DNA of 24,000 nt from positions 22,033 to 46,032 of the forward strand of contig JANXYO010000119.1 in assembly GCA_025356015.1 (NCBI GenBank). The letters run 5' to 3'. The notes under the pieces were generated by a model. The model ran no database searches, was not told the origin of the DNA, and was given only the letters and a program-made list of their open reading frames with translations. Position numbers and translations under genes: made by a program. The DNA comes from Spirochaetaceae bacterium (GTDB lineage Bacteria > Spirochaetota > Spirochaetia > Treponematales > Rectinemataceae). Below, piece by piece: positions 16,172 to 22,698 of the stretch (positions are counted from its first letter, which is position 1; every line of letters starts with the position of its first letter).

Positions 16172-16936
16172 GTGGCAAAGAAGTCCGCAGGCGAGGGCCG
16201 CCGCAAGCGCAAGGAAGAGCCGGAGAAGCCCCAGAACGCCGAGCGCTGGCTCCTCACCTACGCAGACATGATCACCCTGCTCATGGTCTTCTTCGTCGTC
16301 ATGTACGCCCTCTCGAAGGTCGAGACCACGAAATTCACCGCCCTCGCCGAATCCCTCTCCTCGGCCTTCAACATGCCCGGCATCCAGCTCGAGTCGGGCC
16401 AGGGCGGCCACTCGCTCTCGCCGACCGACGCCCCCTTGCGGCCGCCGCCCGGCACGGGTCTCTCGCCCAAGCAGTCTGCGAAGCGGGATCCCTTCCTTGA
16501 GAAGGCCCGCTCGACCCTCGTGAGCGAGATCAAGACCGGCTCGATCCACATAAGCACCGAAGCCCGTGGCATCGTCCTCGCCCTTTCGGGCGACGTCTAT
16601 TTCAGGGAAGGCTCGGCCACGCTCAACGAGGACTCGATCAACATGCTGGAGAAGGTGGCCGAACTCATCGTGCCCCTGCCAAACCCCGTTGCGGTCGAGG
16701 GCCACAGCGACAACACCCCGACTCCAAGGACTGACCGATACGGCTCAAACCTCATGCTCTCCGCAGCGCGGGCCGTGTCCGTGGCCCAGACCCTGGAGCT
16801 GCTCAACGTCCCGCGCGACCGCCTGTCGGCGACGGGCTACGGTGATGCCAAGCCCATGAGGCCCAACGACACACCCGAGGGGCGTGCCCAGAACCGCCGC
16901 GTCGAGATTCTCATCCGCTTCGACGCCGGGGGCTAG
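16172..16936 (+). CDS. motB: flagellar motor protein MotB (OmpA-like peptidoglycan-binding C-terminus)
   Basis: The basic N-terminus is followed by WLLTYADMITLLMVFFVVM, which carries the conserved Asp in the TM. The OmpA-like C-terminal domain reads VEGHSDNTP...GSNLMLSAARAVSV...GYGDAKP...NRRVEI. GTG start at 16172. Confidence 0.9.
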   Translation: MAKKSAGEGRRKRKEEPEKPQNAERWLLTYADMITLLMVFFVVMYALSKVETTKFTALAESLSSAFNMPGIQLESGQGGHSLSPTDAPLRPPPGTGLSPKQSAKRDPFLEKARSTLVSEIKTGSIHISTEARGIVLALSGDVYFREGSATLNEDSINMLEKVAELIVPLPNPVAVEGHSDNTPTPRTDRYGSNLMLSAARAVSVAQTLELLNVPRDRLSATGYGDAKPMRPNDTPEGRAQNRRVEILIRFDAGG

Positions 16937-16990
16937 ACCACGGGCCTCCGGCGGCCAGCGCCGCGGCAACCAGGCGACACTATTTTACGG

Positions 16991-17407
16991 CTAGCGGCAA
17001 AGACAGCCTCCGGCCTCCCCCTCAAGGCAGTTGTCGATAACGGCAAAGAGGTCCTGGGAGCGCCAGGGCTTCTGGAGGCAGGCGAAGAGCCCGGCTTCGC
17101 GCCTGGCCCTGTCCACCGAGTCGATCTCGGCGTGTCCCGTGATGAGTATCATCCTGATGTCGGGCCTGCGCTCATGGATGCCGACCAGGAACTCGTCGCC
17201 CCGTATCCCGGGCATGAACCAGTCCGAGATTATCAGGACCGTGCGTATGCCCCTGGTCTCGAGCTCATCCACTGCCGCATTCGCGAAGGCTGCGTTGAGC
17301 GCCGTCTCGATGAGGAAGCGGGCCCCGTAGCGCCGCCGCAGCTCCTGCTTCATGGCGAGAAGGATGACAGCCTCGTCGTCAACGCAGAGGATGGCCTCCC
17401 GCGTCAC
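16991..17407 (-). CDS. single-domain response regulator (CheY-like receiver) with Cys-rich tail
   Basis: 138 aa. ILCVDDE, the phospho-acceptor context LIISDWFMPG, ITGH, and LQKPW (conserved Lys). The tail is CLEGEAGGCLCR. GTG start forms a GTGA overlap with the upstream stop. Confidence 0.88.
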   Translation of the reverse strand: MTREAILCVDDEAVILLAMKQELRRRYGARFLIETALNAAFANAAVDELETRGIRTVLIISDWFMPGIRGDEFLVGIHERRPDIRMILITGHAEIDSVDRARREAGLFACLQKPWRSQDLFAVIDNCLEGEAGGCLCR

Positions 17408-17922
17408 ACGCCCTTCCTGGCGGCCTCGTCGTGGGCATCGATGTCATCGGCGTCCCAGGGATAGCAGACCCAGCGGTCCTCGATCCGCAGGCCCGCGAAA
17501 TAGCGCGAGACCTCGTCGGGGATGACGCCTCGCTTTTCCTTGTCCTTGTCGTGGAGGACAGCGACCGCGATCTCGGAAGGCTCGTGCCTCATGAGCTCGC
17601 GGATGCAGTATTCGAGGGTGGTGCGGGAATCGTCGACCTCGTCCACAAGGAGGATGCGCTTGCCCGCGAGCTTGCGCTCGGCCTCCTCGATCCACTGCAC
17701 CTTCCGGGGCAGGTCGGTCGGCCTGTCCTCATCGTCGTAGTAGGAGATGCCTACCGCAAGGATGGGCTTTGACAAGAAGGTCCGAAGGATGCGGGCAGGG
17801 ATGAAGCCACCCGAGCCGATGGCGACGATCATGTGGGGGTCGAAGCCGCTTGCCTTGACGCGCTCGGCTATGTCCTTCGCGGTGCGGTGAATGTCCTCGT
17901 AGGTGAAGTGGAGCTTATCCAT
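17404..17922 (-). CDS. purine phosphoribosyltransferase-like protein (Gpt/Hpt type I PRTase)
   Basis: 172 aa. The PRPP-binding loop is RILLVDEVDDSRTTL. The overall pattern (HMIVAIGSGGFIPARIL...W..YPWD) resembles xanthine-guanine PRTases. Confidence 0.75.
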   Translation of the reverse strand: MDKLHFTYEDIHRTAKDIAERVKASGFDPHMIVAIGSGGFIPARILRTFLSKPILAVGISYYDDEDRPTDLPRKVQWIEEAERKLAGKRILLVDEVDDSRTTLEYCIRELMRHEPSEIAVAVLHDKDKEKRGVIPDEVSRYFAGLRIEDRWVCYPWDADDIDAHDEAARKGV

Positions 17923-17931
17923 GCACGGATA

Positions 17932-18264
17932 TTAAAGAGGCTTCCCCGACTGCGCAAGACCTTCGCCATCTCCCTGCCCTTCTGCCCCGCCTGCCTGCGT
18001 GCCGTGGGCCTCGCCGCCTGGAGAGGTAGGGGAAGCCTGGGTCCCGGCCTCCGCGGGAGCCGGGGCCTCCTCCTCGATCCGTGCCGCGGCCTCCACCTCC
18101 CTGATGAAATCGTCCTTCACGGCGGTGAGCTCGTCATAGCCCTTCTTGAGCTCGGCGTAGATCTTGCCGAGTTTCCTGAAGAAAGCGGGCAGGTCCTCGG
18201 GCTTGATGAAGACGAGTACGACGAGGACGATGACGACAAGTTCGGAGAAGCCTATCCCCATCAT
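17932..18264 (-). CDS. tatB: twin-arginine translocase TatB-like subunit
   Basis: MMGIGFSELVVIVLVVLVFIKPEDLP, then an amphipathic helix and an acidic/Pro-rich tail. The GFSEL N-terminus is TatB-like. ATGA overlap with the tatC stop. Confidence 0.72.
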   Translation of the reverse strand: MMGIGFSELVVIVLVVLVFIKPEDLPAFFRKLGKIYAELKKGYDELTAVKDDFIREVEAAARIEEEAPAPAEAGTQASPTSPGGEAHGTQAGGAEGQGDGEGLAQSGKPL

Positions 18265-19010
18265 CGGCCTTCTCCAAACCTGAAGATCTTGGCGATCAGG
18301 ATCGCGAGGAAGTAGAGGATCGTCAGGGGGATGGCGACGCCCAGCTGGCTTATGAAGTCGGGCGAGGGCGTCACGATGGCAGAGAAGATGAAGATGCCAA
18401 CGATGACGAATCGGCTCGCCTTCAGCACCTGCTTCCTGTTGAGGACATTCATGATCAGGAGGACCTCGAGGACCAGGGGAGTCTGGAGGGCGAGGACCGA
18501 CCAGAGCATGAAGGTGAGGACGTAGAAGACGTTGGTCTCGTAGTTGAGGAGGAGGCCCACGCCGGGCGGCATGAAATAGGGATTGGTCAGGAAGGCGATC
18601 GCGAGGGGCACGATGTTGAAGTAGCCGATGTACACCCCGCAGGCGATCAACAGGAGGCTCGCCGCCAGGAGCACGAGCATGAGGCCGCGCTGCCGGCGGT
18701 TCAGGCCGGGGAATATGAAACCGACGAGGTTGAAAACATGGACTGGCATCGACAGGATCAGCCCCGCGAAGGCCGCGATCTTGACCTGGGTCGTGAAGCC
18801 CTCCGAGATGCTGTGCATCACGAGCTTCTTGTCGACGGCGCTCGGCACCGCGATGAAAGGCTGGGTGAAGAGGGCCAGGATCCGGTCAGAGAAGATGAAC
18901 GCAAGGATGAAGCCAACGACGAGGGCGACCATCGAGAAGAGGACCCTGTTGCGCAGTTCCCGGATGTGGTCCAGGACTGTCATCACCTTTTCGGGATTGC
19001 TCGAGGCCAT
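18261..19010 (-). CDS. tatC: twin-arginine translocase subunit TatC
   Basis: 249 aa with six hydrophobic segments. The N-terminus MTVLDHIRELRNRVL is the conserved TatC HL.ELR.R motif. Confidence 0.9.
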   Translation of the reverse strand: MASSNPEKVMTVLDHIRELRNRVLFSMVALVVGFILAFIFSDRILALFTQPFIAVPSAVDKKLVMHSISEGFTTQVKIAAFAGLILSMPVHVFNLVGFIFPGLNRRQRGLMLVLLAASLLLIACGVYIGYFNIVPLAIAFLTNPYFMPPGVGLLLNYETNVFYVLTFMLWSVLALQTPLVLEVLLIMNVLNRKQVLKASRFVIVGIFIFSAIVTPSPDFISQLGVAIPLTILYFLAILIAKIFRFGEGR

Positions 19011-19039
19011 CGTTGTTCCAATTCAAGCCTGCTCGGGGC

Positions 19040-19228
19040 TTACTTGGATTCCCCGACCTTCTTCTCCTTGGCCGCCGCTTCCTTGGACTCGGCTTCTCCT
19101 TCCTTCATGGCCTTGGTGAACTCCTTCTTCGCCTCGCCCAGCGAGCGGGCGAATTTCGGGATCGCGGCGGAACCGAAAAGGATCAGGATGACGACGACGA
19201 TGACGATGAGCTCGGTGGTACCAATCAT
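19040..19228 (-). CDS. tatA: twin-arginine translocase subunit TatA
   Basis: 62 aa: MIGTTELIVIVVVILILFGSAAIPKFARSLGEAKKEFTKAMKE.... AAGGAG lies 7 nt upstream of ATG 19228. The 119-aa track ORF is an unlikely 5' extension. Confidence 0.85.
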   Translation of the reverse strand: MIGTTELIVIVVVILILFGSAAIPKFARSLGEAKKEFTKAMKEGEAESKEAAAKEKKVGESK

Positions 19229-19249
19229 GAGAAACTCCTTGTATTTGCG

Positions 19250-19268
19250 GGATTCCGTTCCGGAATCC
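19250..19268 (-). promoter_or_regulatory. perfect 8-bp hairpin in the tatA 5' leader
   Basis: GGATTCCG-ttc-CGGAATCC (palindromic, so it has the same stem on either strand). It lies 22-40 nt upstream of the tatA ATG and just 5' of the SD. Confidence 0.4.
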
Positions 19269-19439
19269 TCCCCGGGGATCGTGCATTCATAATAGGGATT
19301 GTCCAGGCCGCATGCGCGCGGATGGCTCAGATGGGCATCGGGCCCGTGGCCGGTGTACAGAGCCGCTACAGGTATACAGCAGCGCTCCGGGCTGCGCAAG
19401 ATCCGGGCTCAAGCCGGGGCCCCCTCTCGACCATGGCCA

Positions 19440-19469
19440 TTGACATCGGCCTTCGGCCCTTTCTATGGT
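19440..19469 (+). promoter_or_regulatory. sigma70-like promoter for padR
   Basis: TTGACA-(18 nt)-TATGGT. The -10 element ends 5 nt before the GTG at 19475. Confidence 0.45.
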
Positions 19470-19474
19470 GAGTA

Positions 19475-20035
19475 GTGCCACGCGCGCCTCAAAGCCCGCA
19501 TCAGTCCGACGTGCGGCCGGAATATGTCCTCCTCGGCCTGCTCATGCGCAGAGGCATGCATGGCTACGACCTCTACCACCAGTACCAATCCCAACTCGGC
19601 CGGGTCTGGCGGATGAGCCAGAGCCAGATGTACGCGATCCTCAAGAGGCTCGAGGCCCAGGGTCTGGTCAGCGGCCTCGTCGAGGAGGACTCCCGAGGTC
19701 CCTCCCGCCGCCACTTCGCGGTGACCGAGATGGGTCAGGAGCGATTCTCGCGCTGGCTCCTCGAACCGAGCGACTGCAGCTCGCGTGTCATGCGGCTCGA
19801 GTTCATCTCACGCCTCTTTTTCGCCAGCATGAAAGGGAAGAAAACCCTCGAACTGGTGATCACCGAGCAAATCGCAGCAAGCTACCGTGAACTGGGCAAC
19901 CACGAAAGGATCTACGAGGGCCTCGACGCGTCAGAAGTCTTCAATCGCCTCGCCCTCGACCTCAGGGTCAGGCAGCTCAAGGCCATGCTTGAATGGCTCA
20001 ACGCCTTGGTTGCGCAGCTCCCCCACGCAGAATGA
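19475..20035 (+). CDS. PadR-family transcriptional regulator
   Basis: The winged-helix core reads YVLLGLLMRRGMHGYDLYHQYQSQLGRVWRMSQSQMYAILKRLEAQGLVSG. It is followed by a C-terminal dimerisation-helix region. The start is uncertain. GTG 19475 follows the track, but GTG 19511 would give the typical MRPEYVLLGLL N-terminus. Confidence 0.82.
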   Translation: MPRAPQSPHQSDVRPEYVLLGLLMRRGMHGYDLYHQYQSQLGRVWRMSQSQMYAILKRLEAQGLVSGLVEEDSRGPSRRHFAVTEMGQERFSRWLLEPSDCSSRVMRLEFISRLFFASMKGKKTLELVITEQIAASYRELGNHERIYEGLDASEVFNRLALDLRVRQLKAMLEWLNALVAQLPHAE

Positions 20036-20151
20036 CGACACGATTCTAGCCTTTGGGCCCTATTCCTGTCAATTTTTATCAACAGTTTTTTATCTATATC
20101 TCTAGTCTGGCACTGGCAGCCCGGCCCGGGGCTCCGTGGGGTATTTCCAGC

Positions 20152-20181
20152 TTGACAGGGCCGAGCGATGCTCCCAATACT
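20152..20181 (+). promoter_or_regulatory. sigma70-like promoter for the modB operon
   Basis: A perfect TTGACA (20152-20157), 18 nt of spacer, then AATACT (20176-20181). ATG at 20214. Confidence 0.45.
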
Positions 20182-20194
20182 CACTCAGTGAGTA
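20178..20194. promoter_or_regulatory. 17-bp palindrome TACTCAC-tca-GTGAGTA overlapping the -10/+1 of the modB promoter (operator candidate)
   Basis: The arms are exact reverse complements as read directly. The right half GTGAGTAG recurs at 19468-19475 in the padR promoter. Confidence 0.4.
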
Positions 20195-20213
20195 GCAAAG
20201 GTCGCGCCCTTCG

Positions 20214-20894
20214 ATGAACCCCTTCGGCCCCATCCTTCTCTCCCTCAAGGTGGCGGCGGCGGCGACCCTGATCATCTTCGTGACCGGCCTGGGCTTGGCA
20301 TTGCTGGTCGCCCGCATGCGCAGGCCGGCACGCCGGATCCTGGAAGCCCTGATCCTCCTGCCCATGATCTTCCCGCCGACCATAACCGGCTATCTCCTCC
20401 TCCTGCTTCTGGGTCGGCGAGGCCCAGTCGGCCGATTCCTGGCCTCCCTGGGAGTGGAAACCATCTTCACCTGGGGCGCGGCCGTCATAGCCTCGACCGT
20501 GGTCGCGCTTCCCCTTATGTATCAGAATGCCAAGGCGGCCTTCGCAAACGTCGATCCTGGTTTCGCCCAGGCAGGAAGGACCCTCGGCCTCGGGGAGGCC
20601 CGCATCTTCGCGAGGATCACCCTCCCCCTCGCCGCACCGGGCATCGTCGCGGGCACGGCCCTCTCCTTCGCGAGGGCCCTGGGGGAATTCGGCGCGACAC
20701 TCATGGTCGCCGGGAACATCCCCGGACGGACCCAGACCCTTCCCCTCGCCCTCTACAGCGCGGTTGAGGGAGGAAGAAGCACCGAGGCCAGGCTCTACCT
20801 CGCAGTCACCGTGGGCCTCTCCCTTGCCGTCGTCCTCGTTGTGGGACTCTGCGAACGGAAGCCTTCGCCTCCTCCCGAGGCCAGGCGGGCATGA
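20214..20894 (+). CDS. modB: molybdate (or tungstate) ABC transporter permease ModB
   Basis: 226 aa, closely ModB-like throughout: LLSLKVAAAATLI..., LPMIFPPTITGYLLLLLLGRRGPVG, the EAA loop AQAGRTLGLGEARIFARITLPLAAPGI, and FARALGEFGATLMVAGNIPGRTQTLPLALY. Confidence 0.88.
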   Translation: MNPFGPILLSLKVAAAATLIIFVTGLGLALLVARMRRPARRILEALILLPMIFPPTITGYLLLLLLGRRGPVGRFLASLGVETIFTWGAAVIASTVVALPLMYQNAKAAFANVDPGFAQAGRTLGLGEARIFARITLPLAAPGIVAGTALSFARALGEFGATLMVAGNIPGRTQTLPLALYSAVEGGRSTEARLYLAVTVGLSLAVVLVVGLCERKPSPPPEARRA

Positions 20895-21520
20895 CCCTGA
20901 TCAATTTCGAAAAGGAGCTTCCCCACGCCACGATAAGGACGGCCTTCATCGTCGAGCCAGGCACGACTACGGTCCTGCGGGGCGAGTCCGGGGCTGGCAA
21001 GACGACCATTCTCAACTGCATCGCCGGCCTGGCAAGTCCGGAGCGGGGAGAGATCAGCCTCGAGGGCAGAAGCGTGTTTTCCTCATCAAGCGGGCTCGAC
21101 CTGCCGCCCCGGCTAAGGAGGATCGGCTATGTCTTCCAGCACTACGCCCTCTTCCCCCACCTTTCGGCCCTCGAGAACGTCGCCCTCGCCATGCCGAGGG
21201 AGGGGCGGAAGCGGTCGCTGGAGATCCTCGAGCGCTTCGGCCTCGCCCGCCATGCGAAAAAGCGGCCCGCCCTCCTCTCCGGCGGGGAAAGGCAGCGCCT
21301 CGCCCTTGCGAGGGCACTTGCCGTCGAACCCCGCCTTCTCCTACTCGACGAGCCCTTCAGCGCCCTCGATACCCGGACGAGGGAGGCGACCTGGCGTGAG
21401 TTCCTCGGATACCGCAGCGAGATAGGGGCGGCCGTCATCCTCGTGTCCCACGACCGCCGCGAGGCTGAGATCCTGGGCCACCGGATCATCGAGATCATCG
21501 ACGGATCGGCAATAGAGTAG
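20891..21520 (+). CDS. modC: ABC transporter ATP-binding protein, ModC-like but core-only (no C-terminal TOBE/Mop domain)
   Basis: 209 aa. Motifs: Walker A GESGAGKTT, Q-loop FQHYALF, signature LSGGERQR, Walker B LLLLDEP, H-loop VSHD. ATGA overlap with modB. Confidence 0.8.
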   Translation: MTLINFEKELPHATIRTAFIVEPGTTTVLRGESGAGKTTILNCIAGLASPERGEISLEGRSVFSSSSGLDLPPRLRRIGYVFQHYALFPHLSALENVALAMPREGRKRSLEILERFGLARHAKKRPALLSGGERQRLALARALAVEPRLLLLDEPFSALDTRTREATWREFLGYRSEIGAAVILVSHDRREAEILGHRIIEIIDGSAIE

Positions 21521-21560
21521 CCGCCGTCGCTCCGCTTATGAGTTTCACGGAGGTGTGGAC

Positions 21561-22628
21561 ATGGATTCCGAGCTTATAGCAGTGGTAGCCGAGGGAGCCG
21601 CGAGAACCGCTGCCCTCGTGACCGTACTCGAGATCAAGGGATCGGCGCCCCGGCACGCTGGCAGCAAGATGCTCGTGCGCCCGGGCCATGGCCTGCTCGG
21701 CACGGTCGGGGGAGGCAGGCTTGAGGCCTCTGCCATCGAGGCGGCCGAGGACTGCGCCCGCGCGGGACGATCCGCTCTCATCGAGGTGGAGATGCTTGGC
21801 GAGGCTGCGGTCGGAGCGGACATGATCTGCGGCGGCTCGAGCAGGATGCTCGTGGAGCTGGTCTCGGATCCCCAGCCCTACCGCGCTGCCCGCGACCTCC
21901 TCGCGAGCGGCAAGAGAGCCCTTCTCGTGAAGCGGATCGAGGGAAGGCCGGGCTCCTCCGAATGCTGGATCCAGGTGACGGTCATCGACGAGGACCTGCG
22001 CGCGAGTTCCGGCGCCAGTGTGGCCATCGATGAGAAGGCCGCCCGCAGGGCCCTCTCGACGGGGAAGCCCGTCCTCGCCGATGAGGGCGGGACCTTCTAC
22101 GACCCGATACTGCCCGAGGAGAAGCTGGTCATCCTGGGCGGGGGGCACGTGGGACGCGCGTTGGCCGAAATCGCCCAGAGCCTGGACTTCTCGACCACAA
22201 TCGTCGATGACAGACAGGAGATGGCAGATCCCTCCCGCTTCCCGAAGGGCGTGAGGACAGTCTGCGCATCGGAGGGCTACGCGCCGGCGATCGCTTCCCT
22301 TCCCTTCGACGCCGCCACGTACGCCATCGTCGTGACGCGCGGCCATGTCTACGACCTTGAGTGCATACGAGCGCTGCTCGGGCGGGAATACCGCTATGTG
22401 GGAATGATCGGGTCCTCGCGCAAGACCAGGCTCATCCTCGAACAAGCCAAGGCCGACGGCTTCGACGGCGCGAAGGTTGATGCCCTGTATGCGCCCATCG
22501 GCCTGGACATAGCCGCCGAGACGCCCGAGGAGATCGCGGTCTGCATAATGGGGGAGATCATCGCCGTGCGCAGGAACGCCAAGGCCCTCGAGGGGCTGTC
22601 CGCGCAGCGGGCCGCCAGGAGGGCCTAG
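21561..22628 (+). CDS. XdhC/CoxI-family protein (molybdenum-cofactor insertion/maturation accessory)
   Basis: The N-terminal XdhC_CoxI pattern is ALVTVLEIKGSAPRHAGSKMLV...GTVGGGRLE. The C-terminal Rossmann-like domain is KLVILGGGHVGRALAEIAQSLDFSTTIVDDR. GGAGG lies 7 nt before ATG 21561; the track uses GTG 21555. Confidence 0.8.
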   Translation: MDSELIAVVAEGAARTAALVTVLEIKGSAPRHAGSKMLVRPGHGLLGTVGGGRLEASAIEAAEDCARAGRSALIEVEMLGEAAVGADMICGGSSRMLVELVSDPQPYRAARDLLASGKRALLVKRIEGRPGSSECWIQVTVIDEDLRASSGASVAIDEKAARRALSTGKPVLADEGGTFYDPILPEEKLVILGGGHVGRALAEIAQSLDFSTTIVDDRQEMADPSRFPKGVRTVCASEGYAPAIASLPFDAATYAIVVTRGHVYDLECIRALLGREYRYVGMIGSSRKTRLILEQAKADGFDGAKVDALYAPIGLDIAAETPEEIAVCIMGEIIAVRRNAKALEGLSAQRAARRA

Positions 22629-22645
22629 ACATGGGCCAGCGGGGA

Positions 22646-22661
22646 AAGGCCAGGGGGCCTT
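22646..22661 (+). terminator. weak hairpin after the xdhC-like gene
   Basis: AAGGCC-aggg-GGCCTT: 6-bp stem, 4-nt loop, no clear U-tract. Confidence 0.25.
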
Positions 22662-22698
22662 AACCGCCAAGCCCGGCTCCAACTATACTCCCCCCACG

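Noticed and set aside
15356-16705. 449-aa minus-strand ORF spanning motA-motB
   Set aside because: It crosses the motA/motB boundary in antisense, has an acidic/Gly-rich low-complexity sequence, and has no start context. It is a shadow ORF.
19324-19335. tRNA D-loop-like string ggctcagatggg in the 245-nt tatA-padR spacer
   Set aside because: There is no complementary D-stem (gagc) after it, no acceptor stem and no T-loop GTTCGAATC-like sequence. It is not a tRNA.
20108-20122. Sigma54-like TGGCAC element upstream of modB
   Set aside because: TGGCAC is followed by tggca-gccc. The obligatory GC of the -12 element (TTGC) is not at the required spacing from the GG; the nearest GC is 2 nt too close. 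No enhancer-binding protein gene is nearby.
21495-22682. 395-aa minus-strand ORF antisense to the xdhC-like gene
   Set aside because: Low-complexity Gly/Arg/Pro/Ala-rich translation. The plus-strand gene has clear XdhC_CoxI and Rossmann-like motifs and a GGAGG site.
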